From NCBI RefSeq assembly GCF_028368995.1, contig NZ_JAQNDL010000001.1, positions 3,904,001 through 3,968,000 of the forward strand: 64,000 nt of DNA. The letters run 5' to 3'. Position 1 is the first letter of the stretch. Each line of letters starts with the position of its first letter. This DNA comes from Nannocystis bainbridge (GTDB taxonomy: Bacteria > Myxococcota_A > Polyangia > Nannocystales > Nannocystaceae). The notes below the pieces were generated by a model that saw only the letters and a program-made list of their open reading frames with translations, did no database searches and was not told the origin of the DNA. The position numbers and the translations under genes were made by a program. This document shows positions 19,414 through 29,141 of this stretch, piece after piece.

Positions 19414-19520
19414 GCGACGACGTCGCCGCCGCCCAGCCCGCAGTTCGGCCCGCAGTTGGCCTGCACGGCCCTGCCGGCCCGCGAGATTCGGACCGCGCTC
19501 TTTACGCACGCCGCCCGGAT

Positions 19521-19549
19521 TTGACGCTCGCGGGACCCCGCTCTAAAGT
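19521..19549 (+). promoter_or_regulatory. Sigma70-type promoter, probably giving a leaderless mRNA
   Basis: TTGACG-17 bp-TAAAGT, 8 nt before ATG 19558, no Shine-Dalgarno. Confidence 0.65.
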
Positions 19550-19557
19550 CCGCGGCG

Positions 19558-20553
19558 ATGCTCCGCGGTCTGGTTCACCGTCTCGCCCCCCTCGGCTTCG
19601 CCTCCATGCTGGCCGTCTCCCTGTCGGCCGTCGCCGCTTGTGACGGCGCCGGCTCGTCCCCGCCGACCGTCGAGGTCACGAGCGACCAGCTCAAGCCGGG
19701 CGGCGTGTTCATCACCTACGTCAACGGCTGCGAGAAGGGCTGCGACCAGCTCGGCCGCGGCGACCTCGTGCTCGAGCTGAACGGCCAGCCGGTGTCGACC
19801 GCCAAGGACCTGCGCGTCAGCCAGATCGCCACCGGTCAGCCGGTCAAGCTCAAGGTGCAGAAGAAGGGCGGCCAGGTGGTCGAGGTCGAGATCGTCGCCA
19901 CCCCGAGCGAGAAGCTGCCGCCGATCAAGGAGGCCCCGCCGTTCTGGTCGGTGGGCGCCGCCGAGCTCGACAAGGCGCCCTTGTGGGCCCGCCGCAACCT
20001 GTACGGCCACGCCAGCCTCATGGCGATGCTCGTCAACATGGACGGCGGCATCACCGACGGCCGCCAGCTGGTCGGCAAGAAGCGCCTGATGCTGTTCTGG
20101 GACTGGGCGACCCGCGAGGAGCAGGCCCAGGCCGCCAACATGCTGCGCGTGCTGCAGATGGCCCGCGACGACCTGCAGAACTCGGGCGTGGAGATCATGT
20201 TCACGCACATCCAGTTCCCGTCCAACACCCGCGTGGCGCCGATGAACGACTCCGGCCTCCGCCAGTGGCAGAAGACCAGCGGCCTGCCCGACAAGGGCAC
20301 GCTGCCGACCTACCGCTTCCCCAACGCCACCGAGTACCAGCCGTCCCGCGAGCTCGGCCTCGAGGGCGCGACGACCTACCAGCAGTACCTGCGCCAGCCG
20401 CCGGCGATCGTCCTCCTCGACGAGGACGGCATCGTCCGCTGGCACTCCGAGGGCATCCAGACCCCGCCCGCCGGCGACGAGCTGGCCGGCAAGGGCAAGG
20501 ACGACCAGTGGACGATCATCCAGGCGATCGAGTTCGCCAAGAAGGAGCTCTGA
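19558..20553 (+). CDS. Lipoprotein with PDZ domain and thioredoxin/redoxin-like domain lacking CxxC
   Basis: Lipobox VAAC; PDZ motif LGRGDLVLELNGQPV; redoxin-like LMLFWDW...PAIVLLDEDGIVRW. Confidence 0.7.
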   Translation: MLRGLVHRLAPLGFASMLAVSLSAVAACDGAGSSPPTVEVTSDQLKPGGVFITYVNGCEKGCDQLGRGDLVLELNGQPVSTAKDLRVSQIATGQPVKLKVQKKGGQVVEVEIVATPSEKLPPIKEAPPFWSVGAAELDKAPLWARRNLYGHASLMAMLVNMDGGITDGRQLVGKKRLMLFWDWATREEQAQAANMLRVLQMARDDLQNSGVEIMFTHIQFPSNTRVAPMNDSGLRQWQKTSGLPDKGTLPTYRFPNATEYQPSRELGLEGATTYQQYLRQPPAIVLLDEDGIVRWHSEGIQTPPAGDELAGKGKDDQWTIIQAIEFAKKEL

Positions 20554-20578
20554 GCCGCTGACGCCGGCCTGAGCCGCA

Positions 20579-20747
20579 TGGCCCTTCGGACCTGTCCGAA
20601 GGGCCATTTGCATTTAAGCCGGCCGAACTCGGGTCGCGAGGTCATCACGCCGGCTCGCCCGGGCCGTGGCCCCGATGGCCAGGACATGTCCTCCGGGACA
20701 TGTCCATGTGAATATGTTCATCTGGACATGTCTATCGGGACATGTCC
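20579..20747. repeat. Hairpin pair plus phased array of 14-bp palindromes between convergent genes
   Basis: TGGCCCTTCGGACC|TGTCCGAAGGGCCA at 20579-20606; TGTCCTCCGGGACA|TGTCCATGTGAATA|TGTTCATCTGGACA|TGTCTATCGGGACA at 20687-20742. Confidence 0.85.
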
Positions 20748-20763
20748 ACGATCATCTCGCTGC

Positions 20764-22008
20764 TCACCCGAGCGCGCGCCGCAGCTCGGCCAGCTCGCGG
20801 CGCTGCCTGGCCGTCGGCGCCGCGGTCTGCAGGCGCAGCAGCGCCCCGCGCGGCGCCTTGAGCTGCAGGTCGAGCAGCAGGGCCGGGCGGCGGCGCATCG
20901 GCCCGCTCGTCAGCGCCTCGATCACCCCGGCGCGCGCCCGCGGCTCGCCTTGCAGGTAGCGCTGACCATCCGCGAAGCGCGGGCGCTGGCGCAGCCACCA
21001 CTGCATGGCAGGCAGCGGATCGGGCCGCGCCAGGTCGTGCTCGGGCGTGTGCTCCGTCGCCTCGTCCTCGACCGTCGCCGTCACCCCGGCCTCGTCGAGG
21101 TCGAGGCCCGTGAGCGCCTGCATCGCCTCGCCGACGAGCGGCCCGCAGTCGCCGTCGTCGAGCCACTCGAGGCAAGCGTCGACCAGCTCCGGCGCGCCGA
21201 CGTGGCCGAGCGCGTAGATCGCCGCCGGGCGCCGCGACGCGTCGCCCAGGGCCGCCAGCAGCGCCGCGCGGTCGCCGGGGCCATCGCGCAGCGCCAGCAG
21301 CAGCAGCGCCAGCGCCCCGTCCGGCTGCTCGGCCCGCGAGCGCACGCGCGTCCACGTCGGCGCCGGCGCCAGCACCAGGCCGGCCGCGATCGCGGCGTCG
21401 ACCACCTGCGGCGCCTCGTCGGCCAGCGCCGCCTGGATCGCCCGCACCTGCCCCGCGCCCCCGGGCTCGCCCGCCAGCGCCCGCAGCCCGAGGCCGCGCA
21501 GCGCCGGCTCGTCGCTGGCCAGCAGCACCGACAGCGCCTCGCCGAGCGGCTCGTGGCGGAACACCAGCGCCTCCGCGGCCGCGCCGACGATCGCCTCGTC
21601 GACGTCGGTCAGGCACGCGCGCAGGCGCGGCAGCAGCTCGGCGCGGTCGATGCACGCGAACGCCCGCACCAGCGCCGGCCTCGCCGCCGGCAGCTCGTGC
21701 AGCGCCGCGAACAACGTCGAGAGCGCCGTCTCGTCCGGCCCCAGCAGCAGCGCCGCCGCCGCCGCCGCGACCCGGCCCGATTCATCCGACTCGAGCGCGG
21801 GTACCAACAATTGCTGCGCCGCCACCGGCCCGCCGATCACCAGACCGTCGAGGTGCGCGTGCAGCCGCGATTCGACGTTCGCCTCGACCTCGGCGAGCGT
21901 GTAGTTGGGGGCGACCAGGCTGCCCTCCCACGACTCCCACAGGAACTCGGCCTCGTCGAGGTGCTCCTCGAGCACGTCCCACAGCGGCTCGTCGTCGCTC
22001 GCGCGCAT
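20764..22008 (-). CDS. TIGR02270-family T6SS-associated HEAT-like protein
   Basis: Characteristic start WDVLEEHLDEAEFLW...E.RL.AHLDGL and C-terminal P.PDP...WW...RY..G...GPMRRR. Confidence 0.85.
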   Translation of the reverse strand: MRASDDEPLWDVLEEHLDEAEFLWESWEGSLVAPNYTLAEVEANVESRLHAHLDGLVIGGPVAAQQLLVPALESDESGRVAAAAAALLLGPDETALSTLFAALHELPAARPALVRAFACIDRAELLPRLRACLTDVDEAIVGAAAEALVFRHEPLGEALSVLLASDEPALRGLGLRALAGEPGGAGQVRAIQAALADEAPQVVDAAIAAGLVLAPAPTWTRVRSRAEQPDGALALLLLALRDGPGDRAALLAALGDASRRPAAIYALGHVGAPELVDACLEWLDDGDCGPLVGEAMQALTGLDLDEAGVTATVEDEATEHTPEHDLARPDPLPAMQWWLRQRPRFADGQRYLQGEPRARAGVIEALTSGPMRRRPALLLDLQLKAPRGALLRLQTAAPTARQRRELAELRRALG

Positions 22009-22010
22009 GC

Positions 22011-22481
22011 TCAGTTGATCTGCACCGAACCGCCCTTGATGCGATTCGTGCCCTTCGCGCGGGTCTCGACGTAGGCGCCGCGGATCACCAGCTTGCCGTC
22101 CTTCTTCAGCGAGATGCTGGCCTCGCCGCAGCGCAGCTCGACCTCCTCGGTGCCGGTCAGGACCACGCGCTTGCCGTCGACGCGGGCCTCGCTCCCCGAG
22201 CCCGGCGCCTGCACCAGACCGACCACCAGCGGCCGCGCCGGGTCGCCGCCCTCGAACATCAGGGCCGCCGGCTGCCGCGTCGCCACCGCGTTCGTCAGCG
22301 CCCGCGTATCGAGCTCGATCAGCAGGCGCACCGGCACCGGGCCGGCGGCGTTGCCGGGGAAATCGACCAACGGCGGCTCGGCGGCGGTCAGCCACCCGAG
22401 GATCACCGCAGGCAGCGCTGGCGCCGGGGTCGGCGGGACGATGGGGACGACGCGGGACGATGCGGGGCGACGTGCGGCCAT
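22011..22481 (-). CDS. DUF6484-like VgrG-associated small protein
   Basis: LMFEGGDPARPLVVGL and EEVELRCGEASISLKKDGKLVIRG...NRIKGGSVQIN; GAGGAG RBS. Confidence 0.75.
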   Translation of the reverse strand: MAARRPASSRVVPIVPPTPAPALPAVILGWLTAAEPPLVDFPGNAAGPVPVRLLIELDTRALTNAVATRQPAALMFEGGDPARPLVVGLVQAPGSGSEARVDGKRVVLTGTEEVELRCGEASISLKKDGKLVIRGAYVETRAKGTNRIKGGSVQIN

Positions 22482-22588
22482 GACAGTTGCTCCTCGGTTC
22501 GTGAGACTCGATCAAAGAGGGCCCACGGGCCCGTGAAACGCGCTGGCGGGGCTCGTGGAACGCTCCGGCGAATGGCGGCGGCGTGGCA

Positions 22589-24811
22589 TCAATTGAGCTT
22601 GATCTTCGAGCCCTTGACGGTGACCTCGCCCGAGGCCTTGATGCTGAGCTTCTTGGCCTGGATCGTGACGTCGCCGTTCTTCTTGAGCACGACCGTCGCG
22701 CCCCCGCACTGGATCGTCAACTGGTCGGCGGCGACGATCGCCGCCTTCTTGCCGGCGGCCGCGTTGAAGTTCTCGCCGGCGGTGAGGTTGACGTGCTTGC
22801 CGGCCTGGAGGGCGATGTTCTGGCCAGCGCTCTCGGTGAGGTTGCCGGCCACGCTGACGCTCTTGGCCCCGCCGACGCTCTCGGAGCTGCTGCCGCCGAC
22901 GCTGACGGCCCGGGCCAGCCCGACCGTCTCCGACTTGGCGAGGCCGACCGTCTCGGTCATCGCCCCGCCGACGGTCACCGCATAGGCCGCGCCGACCGTC
23001 AGCATGCTGGCGATGCCGACCGTCTCGGCCTTGTTGGCGCCGATCGACTCGGTCTGGTCGGCGGCCACCGTGAAGGTCGCGCTAGCGCCGACCGACTCGG
23101 TGAGGTTCTGGCCGACCCCGATCGACATGTTGGCGCCGATGCGCTCGACGTGCATCTTGCCGACCGTGATCGTGCGGTCGTTGCCGACCTCGATCGCCTC
23201 GTCGTGGCCGATCGCCACGCTGCTGTCGTGCCCGACCGAGCGCGCCTCGTCGTGGCCGACCGACTGGCCCTTGTCGTGCTCGATGACGATGTTCCAGTCC
23301 TTCTGCCCGTGGAGGAAGATCTCCTCGCTGCCCTTCGCGTCCTCGAAGCGCAGCTCGTTGGATCCGCCGCCGCCCGGGCTCGACTCCGACTTGATGGTGC
23401 TCTTCGTCTTCTGATCCGGCAGCGGATAGGGCGGGGTGTTGACGCCGGTGTAGATCCGCCCGGTGATGATCGGTCGGTCGGGGTCGCCCTCGATGAAGTC
23501 GACGATCACCTCGTGACCGATGCGCGGCAAAAACATCGCCCCGAAGCCATTGCCGGCCCACATCTGACTGACACGGACCCAGCACGAGCTGCCGTCGTCG
23601 TAGGCCCCGCGGCGGTCCCAATGGAACTGCACCTTGACGCGGCCGTGCTCGTCGCAGTGGATCTCCTCGCTGCCGGGGCCGACCACCGTCGCCGTCTGCA
23701 CCCCGTGCACCGTCGGCCTGCGGGTGGTCCGCGGCGCGCGGTACGGCAGATCGGCGGCCGCGCACTCGAAGCGGTTGGTGTACGAGAACTCGCCGACCGC
23801 GCCCTCGTCGAGCACCTGCGGCTGCTCGCCGCGGTGGCGGACGCGGAGCAGGCGGTACTCGCCCTCGAGGTGCGGCCGCGACTCGTCGGCGACGTGAAAG
23901 AAGCAGCCGGGGGTGAGGCGCGGGCTGTCGCTCTCGCCGGTGCCGGCGCGGCGGGTCGCCTGGACCGCCTCGAGGCGCATGCGCGCCTGCTTGCCCGCCG
24001 TCTCCGGCCCGCCGCGGCCGCCGGTCTGGAAGCCGCCGGGGTAGTCGTAGAGCTCGCGCGCGTCGCCCTGCCCCTCCTCGGCCTCGACCTCCTCGGCGGG
24101 CGTGTGCAGGTTGCGATCGCGCAGCGACACCCGCTGCGGGCGGATGCTCTCGCCGAGCGAAAATCGCAGCAGCCGCTCGCGCTCGCGGGTGGCGTTGAAC
24201 CCGAGCGCCGGATCTTCGGCGATCGGCGTCCCGCCGTCGGCCTGATCGGTGATCACGAGGACGTGGCTGTCCTCGTGGTGCTCGAAGAAATAATACATGC
24301 CGTCGGCTTCGAGCAGCCGACTGACGAACGCGAAGTCGGTCTCGCGGTATTGTACGCAGTAGTCGCGCGGGGCGTAGGTCGCGTGCAGCTGCATCCGCAC
24401 GCCCGCGCGCGGGATCCCGGCCGTCTCGAGCACCTTGGCGACGATCTCGGGCGTCGATTGGCCCTGGAAGATCCGGCTGCCCGCGCGCTGCTGCAGGCTC
24501 CAGACCTCGGGCACCAGCGTGACCTCGTGCAGGGTGTAGCTCGACGATTCACCGATGTAGCGGGCGTCGCACACCAGCCCGTGGACGTGGCGCAGGCCCT
24601 CGCGGCCGTGGATCGTCAACACCGCCGCGTGGCCGACCAGGTCGTCGAGCGGGATCGTCGTCGACGCCAGCTCGAAGCGGAACTCGAACAGCGAGGAGAC
24701 GGCCTCCTCGCCGCCGAAGCGGACCACCCGCAGCTCCTCGCCGCAGCCGTCCACCGTGAATGTGAACATCGATCGATTGCCCAGCAGGGCCGTGCTGCCA
24801 CTTTCCGTCAT
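22589..24811 (-). CDS. vgrG: Type VI secretion tip protein VgrG (TssI)
   Basis: YCVQYRETDFAFVSRLLEADG, DEHGRVKVQFHWDR, SCWVRVSQ, PRIGHEVIVDFIEGDPDRP, NELRFED; C-terminal gp5-like beta-helix repeats. Confidence 0.95.
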   Translation of the reverse strand: MTESGSTALLGNRSMFTFTVDGCGEELRVVRFGGEEAVSSLFEFRFELASTTIPLDDLVGHAAVLTIHGREGLRHVHGLVCDARYIGESSSYTLHEVTLVPEVWSLQQRAGSRIFQGQSTPEIVAKVLETAGIPRAGVRMQLHATYAPRDYCVQYRETDFAFVSRLLEADGMYYFFEHHEDSHVLVITDQADGGTPIAEDPALGFNATRERERLLRFSLGESIRPQRVSLRDRNLHTPAEEVEAEEGQGDARELYDYPGGFQTGGRGGPETAGKQARMRLEAVQATRRAGTGESDSPRLTPGCFFHVADESRPHLEGEYRLLRVRHRGEQPQVLDEGAVGEFSYTNRFECAAADLPYRAPRTTRRPTVHGVQTATVVGPGSEEIHCDEHGRVKVQFHWDRRGAYDDGSSCWVRVSQMWAGNGFGAMFLPRIGHEVIVDFIEGDPDRPIITGRIYTGVNTPPYPLPDQKTKSTIKSESSPGGGGSNELRFEDAKGSEEIFLHGQKDWNIVIEHDKGQSVGHDEARSVGHDSSVAIGHDEAIEVGNDRTITVGKMHVERIGANMSIGVGQNLTESVGASATFTVAADQTESIGANKAETVGIASMLTVGAAYAVTVGGAMTETVGLAKSETVGLARAVSVGGSSSESVGGAKSVSVAGNLTESAGQNIALQAGKHVNLTAGENFNAAAGKKAAIVAADQLTIQCGGATVVLKKNGDVTIQAKKLSIKASGEVTVKGSKIKLN

Positions 24812-24966
24812 GAGCGCTCGAACGGAGCCAAAAAGCTACTACATGCGATCGGCCTCGACAAGGCGCCGCGGCGCCGCGACAAAACCGCACCGTTTGCACG
24901 CGCGCGACTTCGGTCACCGCATATGCGGTTGAAAGCCTGCGCCGATCCGTAGATGCTCGCTCGGTC

Positions 24967-26940
24967 GTGACGGACGCCGAGACCAGAGCCAAGGTCGGAG
25001 ACGTGCTCGGCGAGCGTTGGGAGCTGCGCGAATCGATCGATACGAGCGGCCCCGGCCGGGTCTTCTTCGCCTGGGACCGCGAGCGCCGCCAGCCCTGCGC
25101 GCTCAAGCTGTTCGACCCCGGCGCCGTCACCCCCGACGCGTTCCGCCGGTTCGCCGAGGCCGTGCGCAGCGCCGCCGCGGCGCGTCACCCCGCGCTCGTG
25201 CTGCCCGCGACACCCACCGTCGCCGGGGGCCCGCGCATCGCGGTGCGCGAATGGCTGGAGGGCCTCGACCTCGACGGCCTGCGCGGCCGCGACGGGGCGC
25301 TGCAATGGTCGCGGGCCGCCGAGATCGTGAGCACCTGCGCGGACGCGCTCGCGGTCGTTCACGAGGCCACAGGGCTCGCGCACCGCGCGCTGAAGCCTGG
25401 CAATGTGTTCATCACCGGGGACTCGCAGGTGCGGCTCCTGGACCTCGGGATCGCCGAGCTCGGCGTGACGCCGGTGCCGGCCCGCCCCGGCGGCGTGTTC
25501 GTCGAATACCGGGCGCCGGAGCAGCTCGAGGGCCACGCCGGCGACGCCCGCTCCGACGTGTTCACGCTCGCGGTGCTGCTATTCGAATCGACGACCGGGG
25601 TCCATCCATTCACCGGCGCCTCCGCGTTCAAGGCGGCCCACAAGGCGCTGCAGTCGGCGCCCGACCTGGCGACCGCCGGCCTGCCGGCCCAGGCCCGGCC
25701 GCTGCTGGTCCGCGCGCTGGCGCGGCGCCCGGAGGAGCGTCACGCCAATGCGCGCGAGTTCCTGCGCGCATTGACGCTGGTGCGGCAATCGGTCGGCAGC
25801 GCCGCCCCGCGCCCGGCCGCCGCCGTCGACAATGCACATACCGCGGAGCCCGCCGAGCCCGTCGTCGATCCGACCACGCAGCTGCGGATCCCCGTGCAGC
25901 GCCCCCAACCCGCCGCGGCGATCGAGGCGCCCGCCCGCGGCGCCAGCCAGGCCTTCATGGCCCCCGTCGCGCCGTTCACCGCCGACCCGCCCGACCTCCG
26001 CGCGGCCGACGAGCCGGCGCTGCTGGGCACCGGACGCGAGCGAGCCACCCCGACGCGCACGCCGACCACTCCTCAACCTCCGCCCTCCGCCCTGCCCCGG
26101 CTCGATCCCGAGCCGAGCACCGAACGCGACGCCCGCCGCTCCGCGCCCGCCGAGCCGACGATCTCGCTGCCCGAATCTCCACGCATGTCCCGAAAGACAG
26201 GTTCACTCGAGCCCGTCGCCCGCCAGCTCCAGGCCTCGAAGTCCGCCCGGCCCACCGCTAACTACGTCCCCGGTCCGCCCGATCTTCCCGCCGACTGGAT
26301 CACCACCGAGCGCGACCCCACCCGTCCGCCGCGAAAGCCCCTCACGCCGTCCGTCGATGACCTGGCGCGAAAGCCAGGTTCAACTCCCGGGCGCGACGAC
26401 CGACGCCAGCCCGAGCGGCCGAACCCCACCACCGACGAAGACGCGGCGACCACCGCCATGCCGACGCTGCGGCGCCCGCCGCTGAATTCCGCCGCCGGCG
26501 ACCTGCCCGACGGCCCCGGCGACGACGAAACGCGCGCGCTGCCCCGCCGCGGCCCCGGCTCGACCGTGATCGATGATGAACCGAGGGACATGCCCGCAAG
26601 GACAGGTCCACGCCCCGCCGAGGCGACGCTCGCCCTGACCGACCCATCCGTGCTCTCGCCCGGCAAGCGCCCCGAAGCGACCGTGGTCCTCGATCAACCC
26701 GGCTCCCTGCCCGCCGAATCGACGCTGGCCCTGTCTGACCCCAGGGACATGCCCCATCGGCCATCCCATGAATCACGCGACCTCGAGGATGCGCCACCGA
26801 CAGCGACCGCGCCCATCGCCCGAGCCCGCCCCGAATCCGCCCTCGACAAGCCCTGGCTGTCCCCGCGCGGCCTCATCGTCTTCAACGTCGCCCTCGGCGC
26901 CCTGATCCTCACCGCCCTCGCCGTGGTGCTGACGCGCTGA
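24967..26940 (+). CDS. Ser/Thr kinase-like protein (probable pseudokinase) with low-complexity linker and C-terminal TM anchor
   Basis: ALKL, HRALKPGN (catalytic Asp replaced by Ala), DLG, YRAPEQ, DARSDVF. Confidence 0.85.
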   Translation: MTDAETRAKVGDVLGERWELRESIDTSGPGRVFFAWDRERRQPCALKLFDPGAVTPDAFRRFAEAVRSAAAARHPALVLPATPTVAGGPRIAVREWLEGLDLDGLRGRDGALQWSRAAEIVSTCADALAVVHEATGLAHRALKPGNVFITGDSQVRLLDLGIAELGVTPVPARPGGVFVEYRAPEQLEGHAGDARSDVFTLAVLLFESTTGVHPFTGASAFKAAHKALQSAPDLATAGLPAQARPLLVRALARRPEERHANAREFLRALTLVRQSVGSAAPRPAAAVDNAHTAEPAEPVVDPTTQLRIPVQRPQPAAAIEAPARGASQAFMAPVAPFTADPPDLRAADEPALLGTGRERATPTRTPTTPQPPPSALPRLDPEPSTERDARRSAPAEPTISLPESPRMSRKTGSLEPVARQLQASKSARPTANYVPGPPDLPADWITTERDPTRPPRKPLTPSVDDLARKPGSTPGRDDRRQPERPNPTTDEDAATTAMPTLRRPPLNSAAGDLPDGPGDDETRALPRRGPGSTVIDDEPRDMPARTGPRPAEATLALTDPSVLSPGKRPEATVVLDQPGSLPAESTLALSDPRDMPHRPSHESRDLEDAPPTATAPIARARPESALDKPWLSPRGLIVFNVALGALILTALAVVLTR

Positions 26941-27311
26941 AGCGACACGACAACCTCGAGAGCGCCGCCGCGACCGCCGTCGCCCGGAAGGCCACCCCGT
27001 CAAGGCCCCGAGAAAGCGTCTGTCCGGCGGCCAGCCCTGGCCGTCGAACAGGCGCCCGTCGATCGCCAAACCGGCGACGTCCCGCATCGGAGCCCACGAC
27101 GGGGTGGCGGCCCCTCACGGCTGTAGCCGTGCCAGGGGGTCCGGGGAAGGGACGACGGAGAATTCGAGACATAATGGGAGCGAGGCACGAGCGCCCATTC
27201 TGGCGCTGAACTCTCCGGCGATCCTTCCCCGGACCCCCACGCGAGGCGCAGCCGGCAATTCGCGAAGCACGAACCCCGAGCGAACCCCGAGCCCTCGACT
27301 CGCGAAGCCCT

Positions 27312-29141
27312 CTACTCCAAGTCGCCCGCAGCCGCAGGCGCAGGCGAAGTCTGCCCGCGGCGCAGCGGATGCTCGAGGATCGGCAAGCGCTCGTTCTCGC
27401 TGCGCTCCACCACCAGCTCGAGCCCATCGAGCAGCAGATCGGGCGAGCTCACGCTCACATCGACCGTGTTGCTGAGGATCCCGTCCATCCCCGTCTCCGC
27501 CCCGAAGCCGCCCGTCGCGCCCGGAGCGATCCGCAGCGGCAGCGCCGGCGCGCTGTTGCCGACTGCGCGGATCCGCCGGAGCACTCGCATCGACGCCGGC
27601 GCCAGCATCGCCCCGCGCACCAGCGTCTTCTTGCCCGACGCATCGAGCCGGTAGATCTTCGCCGGCAGCGGCAGCGACACCTTGCGGCCCGTGCTGTAGC
27701 TCGTCGCGCCCTCGCGGTTCACCGGCCCGAGGATGTTCCCGTCGCGCAGCGACTCGACCACGTACGCGTACTCGTAGCCGTCCTCGCGGGCCCGGCGGAG
27801 CAGCTCCTTCTCGAGCGCCTTGCGCGGCGACCCGCGCTTCTTCGACTTGAGCTCGAGGTTCGTGATCGCCGCGCCCCACGCCAGGCCCGGGCTCAGGCGC
27901 GCGCGGCCGTTGCTGTCCTTGCGCTGCGTGTTCGGCGAGCGCGTCATCAGCAGGTCCTGCAGCACCCCGTTCTTCACCAGCGTCAGCGGCTTGGGCGCGA
28001 AGCCCTGCGCGTCGATCGTCACCCGGCCGAAGCCCTCGCGCGGATCGTCCTCGAGGTCGAGGAAGCCCGGCAGCACCGACTTGCCGAGGCTGTCTTGCCA
28101 GTGGGGTTCGAAGTCGCGGACCCGGCCGTTGTCGCCCAGCGGCGCCGGCGTCCCGCCCGTGTGCACCGCGATCGTCGACGCCAGCAGCTGCGCCGAGGCC
28201 GGCCCCGCGAACAGGATCGGCCCGTCGTAGTCGTCGTCGAGCATCGGCGCGTCGGCCATCAGCGTCAGCTCTTTGAGCACCCCGTCGACCAGCTCTTCGC
28301 CGCGCTTGCGCAGCTCCTCCGTCGCGCGTGGCAGCTCTTGCAGATGGATCGCCGCCCCGTGGTCGAGGTGCATCCCGTCGAGCGCGCGCGTGTCGGCCAT
28401 CACCGCCAGCACCGCGCGGTCGCGCTGCTCGTGCAGCACCAACCCCTCGCTCGTGATCGTCGTGACGTGGCTGCGCAGCACTTGCACGAACACGTCGCCG
28501 TTGTCGATCGCCGGGTGGTCGGCGAACCGCTTGCTCAGCGCGCGCACCAGCTCGCGCAGCCCCTCGCGGTCGACCGAGTCGGTCAGCGGCGCCGGCACCG
28601 GCTGGCGCGCCAGCGGCTCAGGCTTGGGCCCGAAGTCGGCCGGCAGCGGCTCACCCGCAAGCCGGGCCAGGATCGCCAGCTTCTGCGCGTACGTGCCGGT
28701 GGCCCGGCGGAACGCCTGGTCGAGCCCGAGCCACAGCTTGTGCCGGGTCAGCTCGGGCGACGGCGCCAGCGACAGGATGAAGCGCGGCCACGCTCCGTCC
28801 TGGCCGAACACCCCCGTCTGGTCGCGCTCGGCCGTGCCGACGCGGATGTCGATGCCCGCGGCCGCCTGGTCCTCGCGCACGTCGGTGATGATGCCGCCGA
28901 AGCTGCCGTCGATGCTGAGCACCTCGGCGCGCACCACATAGACCGTCGCGTGGTACGGCGCCGGCGAGTCCGGCAGGCGCAGCCCCGCGATCCCGCGCGC
29001 GATCTCCTGCTCGATCGCCGCGATCTCGACCTCGGCCGCCTCGGCGCTGACGGGGGTCGTCGGCGCGGCGGGCGTCGGCGCCGGCGCCGGTGCGGCGGCC
29101 GCCGCCGGAGCGAGCGCCAGGGCCAGGACCAGCGGCTTCAT
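27312..29141 (-). CDS. TldE/PmbA-like partner (TldD-related, no HExxxH)
   Basis: Motifs Y.GP.LF, EDDP...DAQG, LVKNGVL..LL..R.P, SNGRAR, LVRG; signal peptide; ATGA overlap with the upstream tldD. Confidence 0.8.
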   Translation of the reverse strand: MKPLVLALALAPAAAAAPAPAPTPAAPTTPVSAEAAEVEIAAIEQEIARGIAGLRLPDSPAPYHATVYVVRAEVLSIDGSFGGIITDVREDQAAAGIDIRVGTAERDQTGVFGQDGAWPRFILSLAPSPELTRHKLWLGLDQAFRRATGTYAQKLAILARLAGEPLPADFGPKPEPLARQPVPAPLTDSVDREGLRELVRALSKRFADHPAIDNGDVFVQVLRSHVTTITSEGLVLHEQRDRAVLAVMADTRALDGMHLDHGAAIHLQELPRATEELRKRGEELVDGVLKELTLMADAPMLDDDYDGPILFAGPASAQLLASTIAVHTGGTPAPLGDNGRVRDFEPHWQDSLGKSVLPGFLDLEDDPREGFGRVTIDAQGFAPKPLTLVKNGVLQDLLMTRSPNTQRKDSNGRARLSPGLAWGAAITNLELKSKKRGSPRKALEKELLRRAREDGYEYAYVVESLRDGNILGPVNREGATSYSTGRKVSLPLPAKIYRLDASGKKTLVRGAMLAPASMRVLRRIRAVGNSAPALPLRIAPGATGGFGAETGMDGILSNTVDVSVSSPDLLLDGLELVVERSENERLPILEHPLRRGQTSPAPAAAGDLE

